Shown here piece by piece: positions 48,501-60,500 of a stretch of 64,000 nt of DNA. Position 1 is the first letter of the stretch. Each line of letters starts with the position of its first letter. This stretch comes from an uncultured Methanosarcinales archaeon. GTDB lineage: Archaea; Nanobdellota; Nanobdellia; Woesearchaeales; ARS49. Where the stretch lies: contig CAZWVL010000001.1 in NCBI GenBank assembly GCA_964637115.1, positions 127,340-191,339 on the forward strand, in the 5' to 3' direction. The notes under the pieces are model-generated. The model ran no database searches and was not told the DNA's origin. It worked only from the letters and a program-made list of their open reading frames with translations. Both the position numbers and the translations under genes were made by a program.

Positions 48501-51500
48501 ATTGTTTGTAACGTGGAACACGGCTGCATTAGCAACGAACGTGCCAACTTTAATCGCGCCCTGGCCCCACTTGGCAGCAACCATTGTAACCCTGACAACC
48601 TTTGAAACAGCTCCAGCGACTCCCCCGCTCACAATCATAAGGCCGACGTCAATCATTGTTCCGGTGTTGAGAATACCGTCCCAGAAGTCCTCAGTATACC
48701 TGCCCTGCGAATCAAAGTTTGCCTTGAAGGGGAAATCGGTGGTGAGAAGGTTTTTCATCCTGTAACGATCTACAGCTGAAAGCCCTTTTCCAGCATTCTC
48801 AAGCTTTTGCGCAACAGTATTGCCTTCAGCACTGGCAAACTTGCCTAGCAGCCCGGCATTCTTCAAATGTTTAGCCAACTCAGCTTCAAATTCCTTTGCT
48901 CCATCAGACAAGATACCGTCTATCTTGTAGCGAGCTACTCCAATCGAATTGCCCCTCAGATATTCATCTTTATTGGCCACATTAATATCTGTAAAGGTAT
49001 TTGCATAAGCACCAGCTCTAAGCGCCCAAGCAGTCAGAGCATTAGCATAATCTTGTTCTGTCAGATAATCAGATATTTTCGGAGGCCGCAAATCAGTAGT
49101 AGGTTTGCCATTCTCGTCAAAGAACTGCCTGGTGACGGTCTGTGCAATCGCATTCGCCGCCTGCTGTGCGAGCTTGCCTCCAGTCCTCTTCAATTCATCA
49201 ATCAAATAATTAGCGTGTTCAGATATATCACGCAATGCATACCCGTCAGCAACGTTAGCATCAAGATACGGATGAGCTATCGGATAGAACGTCCTGTACT
49301 CTTCCTGCGCTTTCTGGTAATTCTTCTGTGCCATAGTGAGAGAACCTTGAGTTATCTTGGTGCTCACTGATTTGTGAAGTTTCATCGCATCAAGCAAGTC
49401 ATCTCTGGCAGTTATCAGGCTGACTTCAGCCTCATCCATATACTGCCTGGCAAGAGTTGGATCGGCAATCGCCCTGATTGCACGCGCGTTGTTATATTGA
49501 CGCTGCTGTGCCTGAACAACAGTTGAAGGAACTTTCTTGCCCATAAGATGCGCAACCTGCAAGTCCAGCAGGTTATTCAATTCCTCATTCACTTCCTTTC
49601 GCAGAGCAAGATCCTGCACTTTCAGCGCAGCCTGCAATGATTCAAAGAGTTTTGGATCAAACTTGCGCAATGCAAACATCCTTGCAGCAACATTGTCAAT
49701 AGCACGGAAAGCAGTTGTCTTGCCCTGAGCTGCATCCCTCAGCTCCCTATTGAACAAATTGAGAGTATCCTCGACAAGATTGGCAAGCTGCTGCTCAGCT
49801 TCAAGATTCTTGATAACCTTTATCTTGTCAGCAGTGAGGGAAGTGCCAACTGGCACGTAAGTAACCTTCGGGAACTTGCGGCCAACTTCTGCCAAAGTCT
49901 TTGAAGAAGCCTTCTTGCTGCCGAGGAGAAGACTTCCTTTATACTCTTCATAGAGTCTCTCCACTTCAGCCCTGGTATCGTCAGACAATTCGTATCTGTT
50001 CTTGTACGCCTCATCCCAATTGATATCACCATACCTGATATACTCCCTGGTGAACTTGTCCTTTACTGCTGCCAAAGTTTTTGAAGAAGCCTCCTTGGCG
50101 AGCTTTGCACGATCTCCCTTGACTGCTTCATAGAGCATCATAAATTCAATCGCGACATCATCCGGCAAAGCATGCCTGTTCTTGTACGCCTCATCCCAGT
50201 CGATATCGGAGGCAAAGTGCCAGTCCTTGTCTTTGAGTTTGGCCTTCAAATCTGCAGTCAGCGCATCATCCTTCTTGGCCTGCGCTGCAAATGTTTTTCC
50301 TTTAGTCTGCGCATTTGCGATTTTAGTCAACTTTAATTCGCTTAACTTGCCGACTTCAAGCACGTCGCCTTTCTTCAGTATAACGGGCTCGCCTGAATTG
50401 TCAGTAAGAAGCATATTTCCTTCCTCATCGTAGCGCACTTTCCAGCCATTTTGGTTGATCTGATTCTTGAACTGCTCAGACAGGAAATCATAAGTTTTGG
50501 CTTTCATTGCCTTCAAGACATCATCTGCGCGCACTCCATCCCACTGAACAACAGTCTTTCCTGTTTGCGGGTCAAAAGCGACAACCCCTGGTATTCCGCC
50601 ATTCTTAACATACTCTTCAAAGGCGGCAACCTGCCTGTTGTACAACTCTCCAACCCGCTCTTCAAAAGTCTTGTACTTGTCAAAGAATTCCATCGGTTGA
50701 GAATTGAGCGCGACCTTAAGCGCGTCTTTCATATTATTCTCAAACGTCATCTTATCGATGTTGGCGTCGTTGACTGACAACATTTTCATGTTGTTCATTG
50801 CGCCAGCAATGCCGTTAATCCTCTCAGTCGCGCCTTCACCCACAATAATTTCGTTAAGCACCTTTCTCATGTGGTCCTTATACTGCTGGGTGAATTCATC
50901 ATTGGGAGTTATTCTCGCACCATCAAATTTAACTCCAAGAAGACGTGCAGCTTCATCAACAGCATTCTGCAGCATCTGAAGCTTGCCGGCGTGATTTGCG
51001 TCAGGCACTTTATCAGCATCAATAATTCCCTGATTTATAGTAAGATCAGCCAGCTTCTTCCTGTAATCAAGATTGAGATTGCTTGGATCAAGTGCATCCT
51101 TGATTTTCTTACTTAAATCATCAAGGTCCTTCTGCAAATTATTGTACTTTGAATCATTCTTGATGTCTTCCTTGATCTGCTCATCAGTCTTTCCAGCAGT
51201 CTTGCCCTCATCAATCAACTGTTTGAGACGCTCATCACGCTTCTTTGCAGTCTCAGCATATTCATCCTGCAATCTGTTAAGCTTCGCGCCGCCATCCTTG
51301 AACGCAGAATCGATGCCTGTATTGTCCTTGATGTCCTTGATTTTCTTGTCAATATCCTCAAGTTCTTTTTTGGTATCTTCGAGACGTTTATTTTCATCAG
51401 CAGTCCTTGAATCCTTGTCCTTGCCCTCAAGAGCATTCTTTTCTTTCTCGAGCCTGTTCTTTTCAAGTTCAAGCTCCTGCAGCTTCTTCAAATCAGCAAT

Positions 51501-54500
51501 CGCTTTCTTGACATAATCTTCGCCAGCCTTCTCCATCTTGCTCTTGTAGCACGGTAAAAGCTCAGGCGGAATCTTGCTGACGTCAATCACATTCTTTTTG
51601 ATATACCTGCCAGTCTTGGGGTCGTACTGCTCAAGATAACCGCCTGCAATTGGCTTGTCGCTTGTCTCTCCCTTATCATTTGCCCAACGGCTCATCGGCT
51701 TCATTCCTTCAGGAGTATTGATGAACTCCTTGCCGCCCTTCTCAAAGATAGGGGTGCCATCCGGTGTCATTCCTTTGTAAGTAGCGGACTTATCCGCAGA
51801 AGTTATCTTGCCGGTATCAGCGTTCATTTCGAGACCGGCTTTTCCATACTCGGCCTGCAATTTCTTGACTATGTCCTTGGTATTGCACAAGTTCTTTGCT
51901 TGCCACTCAGGGATTTTCTTGAGAAGTTCTGCGTCTTTTGTAATCGCTTCTTCCCTAATCTTAATTTCGTCCTCCAGTCTTCTAACATCACCGGCCCTGT
52001 TCGGAGCATCTTTGGGCAGGTTTTTAAGCTGATCTTTATAATTTGGAAGAGTCTGGACTAGATTGTCATAGTGCTTTTGTGTTCCAGCCAAATCCAAATT
52101 CTCTGTGTGCGCCTTGTAAGTATCAATCAAGTCAGCAGACTGCTTGTTAAACGCTTCAAGCTGATCGACATCTGCGCTGCTCAATGAAGTGTGGAACTCT
52201 TTTGTAATCGCGTTTTGGAAGTCAATTCCGCCATCAGCCCTTGTCTGGCCTTCAAGCGGAACTCCATCAAGCGTGCGAGGGCCACCTTCCATCGACATCC
52301 TGCGCCTGCCAAGAAGCTCATTGCGCTGATCGTCAACCTTCTTGAACTCTTCACCAGTCTTTTTGATTTCCTTATTGCAGTTCTTGAAGTCGTCCATCAG
52401 CTTGTTGGCAGCGTTCTGGTCAAATTTATTCGGCTGGAATGGACTGTCTTCAACCGACTCGCTCAATGCTTTGTCCTTGTCAATAGGCTTGAACGGCTGT
52501 GCGCCATACTGCCTGATAACATCATCACACGGATTCTTCTGCTTGGGAGCAGCTTCCTGCGCCACAGTGGACCTTTTGAAACAATTATGCTTCAAAGCAT
52601 TATCATAATTATCCTTATCAGCACCAGTAAGTTTGGACGTATCAATTTCTTTGCCTGTTGCCCGGTCAACAATCTTGTAGTCCTTGCCAATCTTTCTCAT
52701 ATCATACTTGGAACCTGCACACGGGTTAACAGCAGGGTTGGTAACATTCGGAACAGTTGGAGCAGGAACTGTAGGCTTTCCAGCACTTGGAGTGGTTGAA
52801 CCAGACTGTCCGCCAGGAAGCTTTGGAGGCTTTCCAAAGTCAGGCGCAGGAGGCCAATCAACGTGCGATGGCTCTGGTTTTTTCTCTGGCTCGTAATACG
52901 GCTTATCGTTGTAGAAGCACGGGTCACAAGGATCTTGTGGAGTGCCAGGACTGGCAGGAGCTGCTGGCTTTGCAGGAGCAACTTGCGTCTGGCCAACTGC
53001 TAAGCCAGTTATGTCAAGGATCGCACCAGTTGTTGGACCTGTTCCGGACTGTCCAGTTGCCACACCTTGTGTTCCTGCCTGCTGAGGAATGCCGCCCGGA
53101 CCAGTTCCGGTTGGAACTTTCATTCCTTCAGTAGTATGTCCGGGAGTTGCAACATCTGCCAGTCCCGTCGGCTTTTTTGGCTTCTCTGGAGTTGGCGTTG
53201 GCTTTTTCTTGCCCTGCTTGACGTGACCAACATCCTTGCGTTTTGGACAGCACTTCTCATCATTGAATCCGGCTCTAATAAGGTGTACGACATTGTCCTT
53301 GTACTCAATATACTTGTAGTGAGCGTTTTCAAGCCAGACCAGTGAAATCATTGCGGAATCATACGCCTTCAGAATATCCATCGGAGTCTTTGCAGCATTT
53401 GCCTGCTTTACCGCGTCATCAGCCTGAGCGCCGGCCATATTCAAAAGAGCATTAACCTCGTCCATCGGAGGAGAGCCAAGACAGACTTTTTCTGGCACAA
53501 ATCCCATGCTTGCAAGCTTTCTTGCCTTATTTGCAAAATTCTGAGCAGATTTCTTCGGGTCAAACTTATCTAGACGGTTAGGATCATTCTTTTCTTTGTC
53601 CTGCTCTTCCTTCTGTTTCTTTTCCGCATCCTTCAGATTTTTCTCTGCATCGTTCTTTGCTTTCTGTGCTGCATCAGCATCTGCCTTGGCTTTTTCGTAC
53701 TTATTCAATAATCCAGGGTCTTTCTCCTGCAATGCTGATTTTGCCTCATCAACTTTGTTCTTAAATTCTCCAGCCCTCGGAGTGTCTTTCCACTTGTTAT
53801 AATTGTCAATGGCATCATTATACGTCTTTACAAGAGGCTCGCTGGCAATCGCATTGACCGCACTGTTTGCAGTATTGGAGTTGCCGGTCGTGCCAGACAA
53901 TGCTTGTTGCGCTGCACCAACCTGTGCGTCAAATGCTGTAGGACCTGCACCATAGTCTCCAACACCCTGTGCACCGAGATATTCTGCTGCAGAACCTGCC
54001 TGCTCAAGACCATAACCTGTCTTCTCGAATTCCTGTATGGCATCCCTCGCTGCCTTAGCAGGATCAAAGCCCTCTGGGAATTTTCCGGTCTTTGGATCCT
54101 TGAACTGGTCCTCCCAATTCTTCTTGGCTTTGTCAGCATTTGATTTTTCTTCAGCACGCTGTTCATCCGACTTGAACATCTTGTCAACCGCCATCTTCAA
54201 ATCGCCATCAAGGAACGGAGCAATGCCATCCAGGATTTTCTCAGCAGACTTCATCGCAGCCGTAGCGTGCGCCATAGCCTCGTCAGCCTTGCCCTTGTCA
54301 ATGCAACTATCTTCCTCAGCTTTTGCCCAGCCAACGTTGTCCTCAAAATGCCTCCAGAAGTTTTTCGTGGCCTCCCAATTACTGCCCTTTCTGTTTGCGT
54401 TAGAGTAAATCTCATTAAGAACTTCAGCAGGGCCAACAGGATGGTCGAATTTCTCGTAATCTGCTTCTTGTGCCGGAAGATTGCCCTTCGCAGGCTTAAC

Positions 54501-57500
54501 ATCAATCTTTCCAGAATCCATTCCTGGATTGACTGCCTCGCCACCTCTTGACATATCTAAACCAGAATTCTTCCATTGACTTGGAGGTGCAGGAAGCTTT
54601 GGCGCCACAGGAGCAGCTGGAGCTGCCTGCAAACCAGTAATCACGTTAGAGAATTCAGCAGCAATTGCGCCAGTAACAGAATTCGGCGCAGTTTCTGCAA
54701 CGTGCCCGCCAGTTATTCTTGAGACAAACGCTTCTGGAGAAACCATGGCTTGACCGTGCTCATCAGCTTCGCTGTACAAGCGTCTTACTTCCTTAGCATA
54801 TTTCACGCCAACGGCCGAATCTCTATCATCAATTCGAACCTTTTCAGTAATTTCAGGCCTGTCAGCAAGCTGATCAAGCGTTTGCGGCTCTGCACCACAA
54901 CCGCTCAAACAGCCAAGATCAGCAGAATCGCATTGTGAAAGACAATCCAATGATTGAGAATCATCCTTACAGGCATCCATTGCAGATGTCTTAAAGTCAG
55001 GAAGCAACTTGACAGACCTTTCGGCCGTTCTATAAGTGTCTGCAATCTCTGCTGATGCCTGACGCGCCTTGTCTATTCCCTCTGAAACACAAGGCGAAGG
55101 AGCACCTGCCGGCACGCAAAGAACATCAGAAGATTCTTCTTCAGCATCCTCAGCAGATTCGCGTCCTGCATTGAAACCAGCAGAAGCAGCATCGGTAAGC
55201 AAGTGAGGCTGCGATAATGCTGACTGCGCAGCTGCAAGAGCGCGAGAATCCAGCAGTTTTTTCATAACTACATCCATATTCAATGCAGCACCGCCCGTCA
55301 CACCTGTCTTCAATGGTACATTGGCGCACTCGAAAACTCTAGGCTCTGCATCCTTCAATCCAAACGCATCACGTTCGCTTGTCTCGTCACAAGCCCCGCC
55401 TTCGCACTCAGGACCATTCGCGTCAGCAGCACGACGCTCTCTAGGCTCGACGCAAGTCTTCGGATCACGGTTGTACGCAACATTCACATCAGGCCTGATA
55501 CTTGCAACGTCAACTTCAGGCAACACCTGCTGCTTTTTGACAGGAGTATCAGCGCCATACTTTTCACCCTCAACCTCGACATCTGTCTTATCAACAGCAC
55601 TTTGAGCATCACCAACATTTAGGTAATCAGTATCCTCAACCTTCTTTGACTTTCCATCCCACTTGAAAAGAGCAATGGTGTTAGAATCAATCTTGGCATT
55701 CTGAGGAATACTTCCGTCAAAAATTTCAATCATTAACGGAATACCCGCATCTCTTACAAGCGTAGCGTTCGGCTTATCGTCATACACTTGCTCATACGCT
55801 GAAGCATTAATTGCAATCACGTAATGCTCATTTGGAGCAACAATACTATTGTTCGGGAAGCTCGCAATCCAATAACCCTCAGCAAGCGCACTTGGAGATA
55901 TTGTTTGAGAAGTGTTTACAGTAATCAAGTAATAATAGAAGTTCTCAGGCTCTGAACCCTCGATTTCCTGCACGCTGACAGGCTTGTTAGTTATATAATA
56001 TGTGCTTAGATTGAGAGGTTTGTCTTCAGGATTATACAATTCAATGAATGCAGATGTCCTTAATTCATCCAAATGCTTTCCAATATCCTGATCAGATTGT
56101 GCAATCACGCCCGCTGTACCCAGGCCAACCTGAGGCTGAGGAACAATACCCAAAAGTTTCTGCGCAATAGCCTGACCAATACCAAGACCAGCACTTGCCC
56201 CGCCACCAAGTCCAGACTGAGTGCCAATGACATCTCCTGCATCAGGCAGGAGCACACTCTTATCTGCAACATCCTCAAACGATTTGTACTGAGGCTTTGC
56301 AACAGGCAGCAACCAAGTCGGATAGTTCGAGCCAGCAAGCGCAACAACAGAACCCTCATACCTGTCAACAGACTGGCCCTCAACAACAGCAGGAGCGTAG
56401 CTCAAGCTGACGATAAGGAACATCATGAACAGACCAATAATTCTCTTTCCTTTATCTTCCCTTGAATATAATGTCCTGAATATAACTAGTGCGATAATAG
56501 CAATAAGAGCTGCAAGCAAAAATCCAAGTATTCCAAAGCGCAACTTTTGCTTGGATGCCTCAAGAGGCATTTCAAGAGCAGGACTTGCAAACAACGGCGG
56601 TGAAACTTGGCTTATGATAAAGCCCATATGAGGCTCCTCAGGAGGTGGAGTCGGCTGTGTTGGCTGCTGCAACGGCTCGTTTGGCTCAAATCCTCCATCT
56701 GAAGGAACTTGAACCGGCACAAATCCTTCAGGACAAGTTGGAACACCAGGAGCTCCTCCTGGCATAGCTTGTCCAGCACAAGCTGGATGGTCTGCTCTCT
56801 CAGGAGAACCACCCTCTTTCTTGCACTTTCCTGGCTCTTTCTTATCCTTGCCTCTCTGCGCCTGCTCCTGTAACTTGTCAAGAGCTTGCCAGCCAGTAAT
56901 GCGTCCGGTTGCCTTGCCCTTGCCTTTACCCTGCGGCGATTCAGGCTTCATGCCATCGCATTCTTCGTCCTGCATCGGCTCACCAATGCATTCTTCCTGA
57001 ATTACTGCATCAATGTCAACTTCTGCTTCAAGGACTCCTTCTTTTCCACCCTCAGTTTCAACCTGGCCTTTCATTCCTGCTGCACGTTCGCGAGCTTTTT
57101 TCTCGCACTCAGGCATTTCATCAGCATCCTGAATCTGCCTGCCAGTAATTTTTTCAAACGCTGCCAGAACATTTTTCTTATCTTGTTCGGCCTTGTCTTC
57201 TTTTTCCTTCGTCTTCACGCAACAACATTGCTTCTTTGGAGGATCTCCAGGCTGCTCTGGCTGTTGAGGCGGCAAACCATCCGTGTAAAGAGGCGGCTTG
57301 AGCTCCAGTCCTTTGTGCTCGTTCGGCAACTTTGGCTGGCCACCGTGACCTGACTCTGGACAGTCCGAGCATTCTTCCTTGCACTTCTCATTTTCAACAC
57401 ACTCAGTCCTGAACAATGAAGAGCCAGCGATTTTCTTGCAAGCATCCTTGCACTGCTGAGTCGGACCCTTAGCATCACACTTGAAATGCATTTTCTTCTC

Positions 57501-60500
57501 GCCCTGCTTCTGCGAAATTCCGAAAAGCGGCTTCGTGGTCGTGCTTGTGATTCTGCAAATGCAACATCCCTTGCTCGGAGTGCACGCCGCGCCAGTCTTG
57601 TCAACCTTGCCGCCTGCCTTCTTACAATCAGAATCCAATTGACCTGCAACAACGGTTTTACCAGGCTCTGCCTTTTTCTCTGAACAGTAATCAGCACCCT
57701 TCCACTCTGCCTTTCCGTCCTTGCCGATGCAACAGCACGGTGCCTGTGTAGGAGTTGGAGTGGGGCCGCCGGCGCACGCAGGATCGTTAAGATTGGGAGT
57801 TGCGCCTCCACAAGCGCCCCAATCTGCAGGCACGTTCTGGCCAGTTGCCGTGCCAGTCTTGCAAGCAGCACCTTCCATGATTTTACCTTTATTCGGCCCG
57901 CTCGTGCAGCAACACTTCTCCGCTGATGGAGTTGGAGTGGCCAGACATTTCGTCAAGTCAGTGGTGGGCTTTCCACCGGCCTTATCGCACTCGCCGAAAT
58001 TTGCAGGGACACTTTCGCCAGTGGCAGTGCCGGTCTTGCACGCTACACCCGTCATTATCATGCCCGCTTTTGTTCCTCCCTGACAACAACATTTGTCAAC
58101 AGATGGTATTCCCGGTGGAGGTGGCGGAGGAGGCGGGGGTGGCGGAGGCGGAGGTGGAGATACTGGAGTCTTGCACGGCGTCGGAGTTGCGCACGGCGTC
58201 GGAGTAGGACAGTCTTCGTATTCATCACTACCAGTAATAGGCCCAGTAACTGTAGAGCCAGCTTCCAAACTTATAACGACTCCGCCAACAAGCGTTTGGT
58301 CGGCAGGAATGCACTCAAAGGTTCTTGGAACAGCATCCTTCAATGTAAATGCGTCGCGCTCGCTCGTCTCATCACAAGCCCCTTCTTCACACTCAGGACC
58401 ATTTGCATCTGCAGCACGGCGCTCTCTGGGCTCAATGCACGTTGCCGGATCACGGTTGTATGCAACATTCACGCCCTTCCTAATCTGCGCCAAATTAACT
58501 GTTGGAAGCACCTGCTGCTTTTCGATCGGAGTATCTTTGCCATAAATAATTCCGGAAATGCGCACACCTGACTTGTCAACAGCACTTTGAGCATTTCCAA
58601 GATTCAAATAATCAATATCAAGAATCTTAATCGTACCATTATGCCATCTGAATATTGCAATCGTGTTAGAATCTATGTTTGCATTAACAGGAATACTGCC
58701 GTTGAATAATTCTCTCATCACAGAAACATTCGTTACGGATTTATTTGTCAGCGTTGCATTTGGCTTTTCTTCATACACTTTTTCATACGCATCAGCATCA
58801 AGCGCAATCACATAATGAGTGTGAGGAGCTAAGGTAGTGTTCTCAGGGAATGCTGCAATCCAATAACCATCAGCAAGCGCACTTGGAGAAATGGTTCTTG
58901 ACTTATTTACGGAAATCAAATAGTAAGAATAGTTTTCAGGAGATAAAGAAATGTTCGTGCTATTCGGCTTATTGGTAATGTAGAAGTAATCCAGCTTAAT
59001 GCTCTCATCATCAGGATTAAAGATTTCAACGAAAGCGGCAGCCTTCAACTCCTGAAGACGCGCCTCAAGCTCCTCAGCAGAAAGTTTTGCAGTTGCCTCA
59101 GCAGTTCCAAGGGCAAAGCGAGGCTGCGCTTCCTCACCACGCATATTTTGAGCTGCTGCCTGGCCAGCAACAATTCCTGCTCCTGCACCACCAGCCAAGC
59201 CAACCTGAGTTGAGATGACATCAGAAACACCAGGAATTAGGACGCTATCATCAGCAGAATCTTCAAGTGACTTGAACTGGTCAACTGACTGGCCCTCAAT
59301 AAGTATGACGCCGAAAACTGCTGCAATGATAAGCATTGCCACAAATCCTTTCTTTCCCTTCTTGCGCAGCACAAAGTAGAGCATTACAAGAAGCAATACC
59401 AGTGCCAAAATCAACGGCCACATGTTTGATGACTCTGCAGTTACTGCTGTCGGTTTCTCGATAGAAGGAGCCAGAACCGCTTCCAACGGCGGAGAAACCT
59501 GGCTAATTATAATTCCCAGATGAGTTTTTGGTTCGAGAGTTGGCGACGGTGTGGGCGGAGGAGTTTCTTCCGGAGCAGCTTCTTCAGGGATCTCGCACGC
59601 TTGTATGCAGTCCAACATTTCATACGGCTGATCCTTGCATTCTTCAAACGCGCGCATCTTGGCATCAACACCACTGGTTGCATCACCAAGCGCAAAGCTA
59701 AGCGCGCGATCGACACAGTTCTGCTCTTCTGAAATGGTCACAGTAGGCACAATTGATTGCTCAACGGGAGTTGTATACGGTCCATAATCATACACAGACC
59801 TAGTCAACCCAGCAGGAGAAGGAACAGGCGTCCCATAATCATACACAGACCTAGTCAACCCAACACTAGAAGGAACAGGCGTCCCATAATCATACACAGT
59901 CCTAGTCAACCCAGCAGGAGAAGTAACAGGCGTCCCATAATCATACACAGTCCTAGTCAACCCAGCAGGAGAAGGAACAGGCGTCCCATAATCATACACA
60001 GTCCTAGTCAACCCAACAGGAGACTCTTTCACAGGCTGCCCGTGCGCAGCAGCACACTCCTGCATACAATCGCCCAGTCCAGACGGCACTTCTTCAGGAC
60101 CTTCTTCCGGCAGACCTTCTTCCGGACCTCCAGCACAAGCAGGATGATCCGGCTTCTCAGGCTTGCCGCCTTCCTTCACACATTTTCCAGGCTCCTTTTT
60201 CTCCTCTTTTTCGCCACCATCTTCATTCTCAGATTTTTCTTCTGGCTTTTCCTCGGCTGATGATTCAGGAGCCTGCTCATCACACTCTTCCTCTTGCATC
60301 GGCTCACCAGTGCATTCTTCCGCGATCAACTTGTCAACAGCAACTTCTGATTTCACAATGCCAGGCTTTCCAGCCTCAGCCTCAACCCGGTCCTTCATCG
60401 ATTCTGCACGCTCTCGCGCTTTCTTCTCACACTCAGCCGGAGGCCCTTTGGATTCCGGCTCTACGTCTTGAGAAGCTTGCTTCATCATTGACTCAACATT

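Noticed and set aside
59782-60023. CRISPR-like regular repeats
   Set aside because: Units are contiguous with no unique spacers, the length is a multiple of 3 and in frame with the giant ORF, and no cas genes are in the window.
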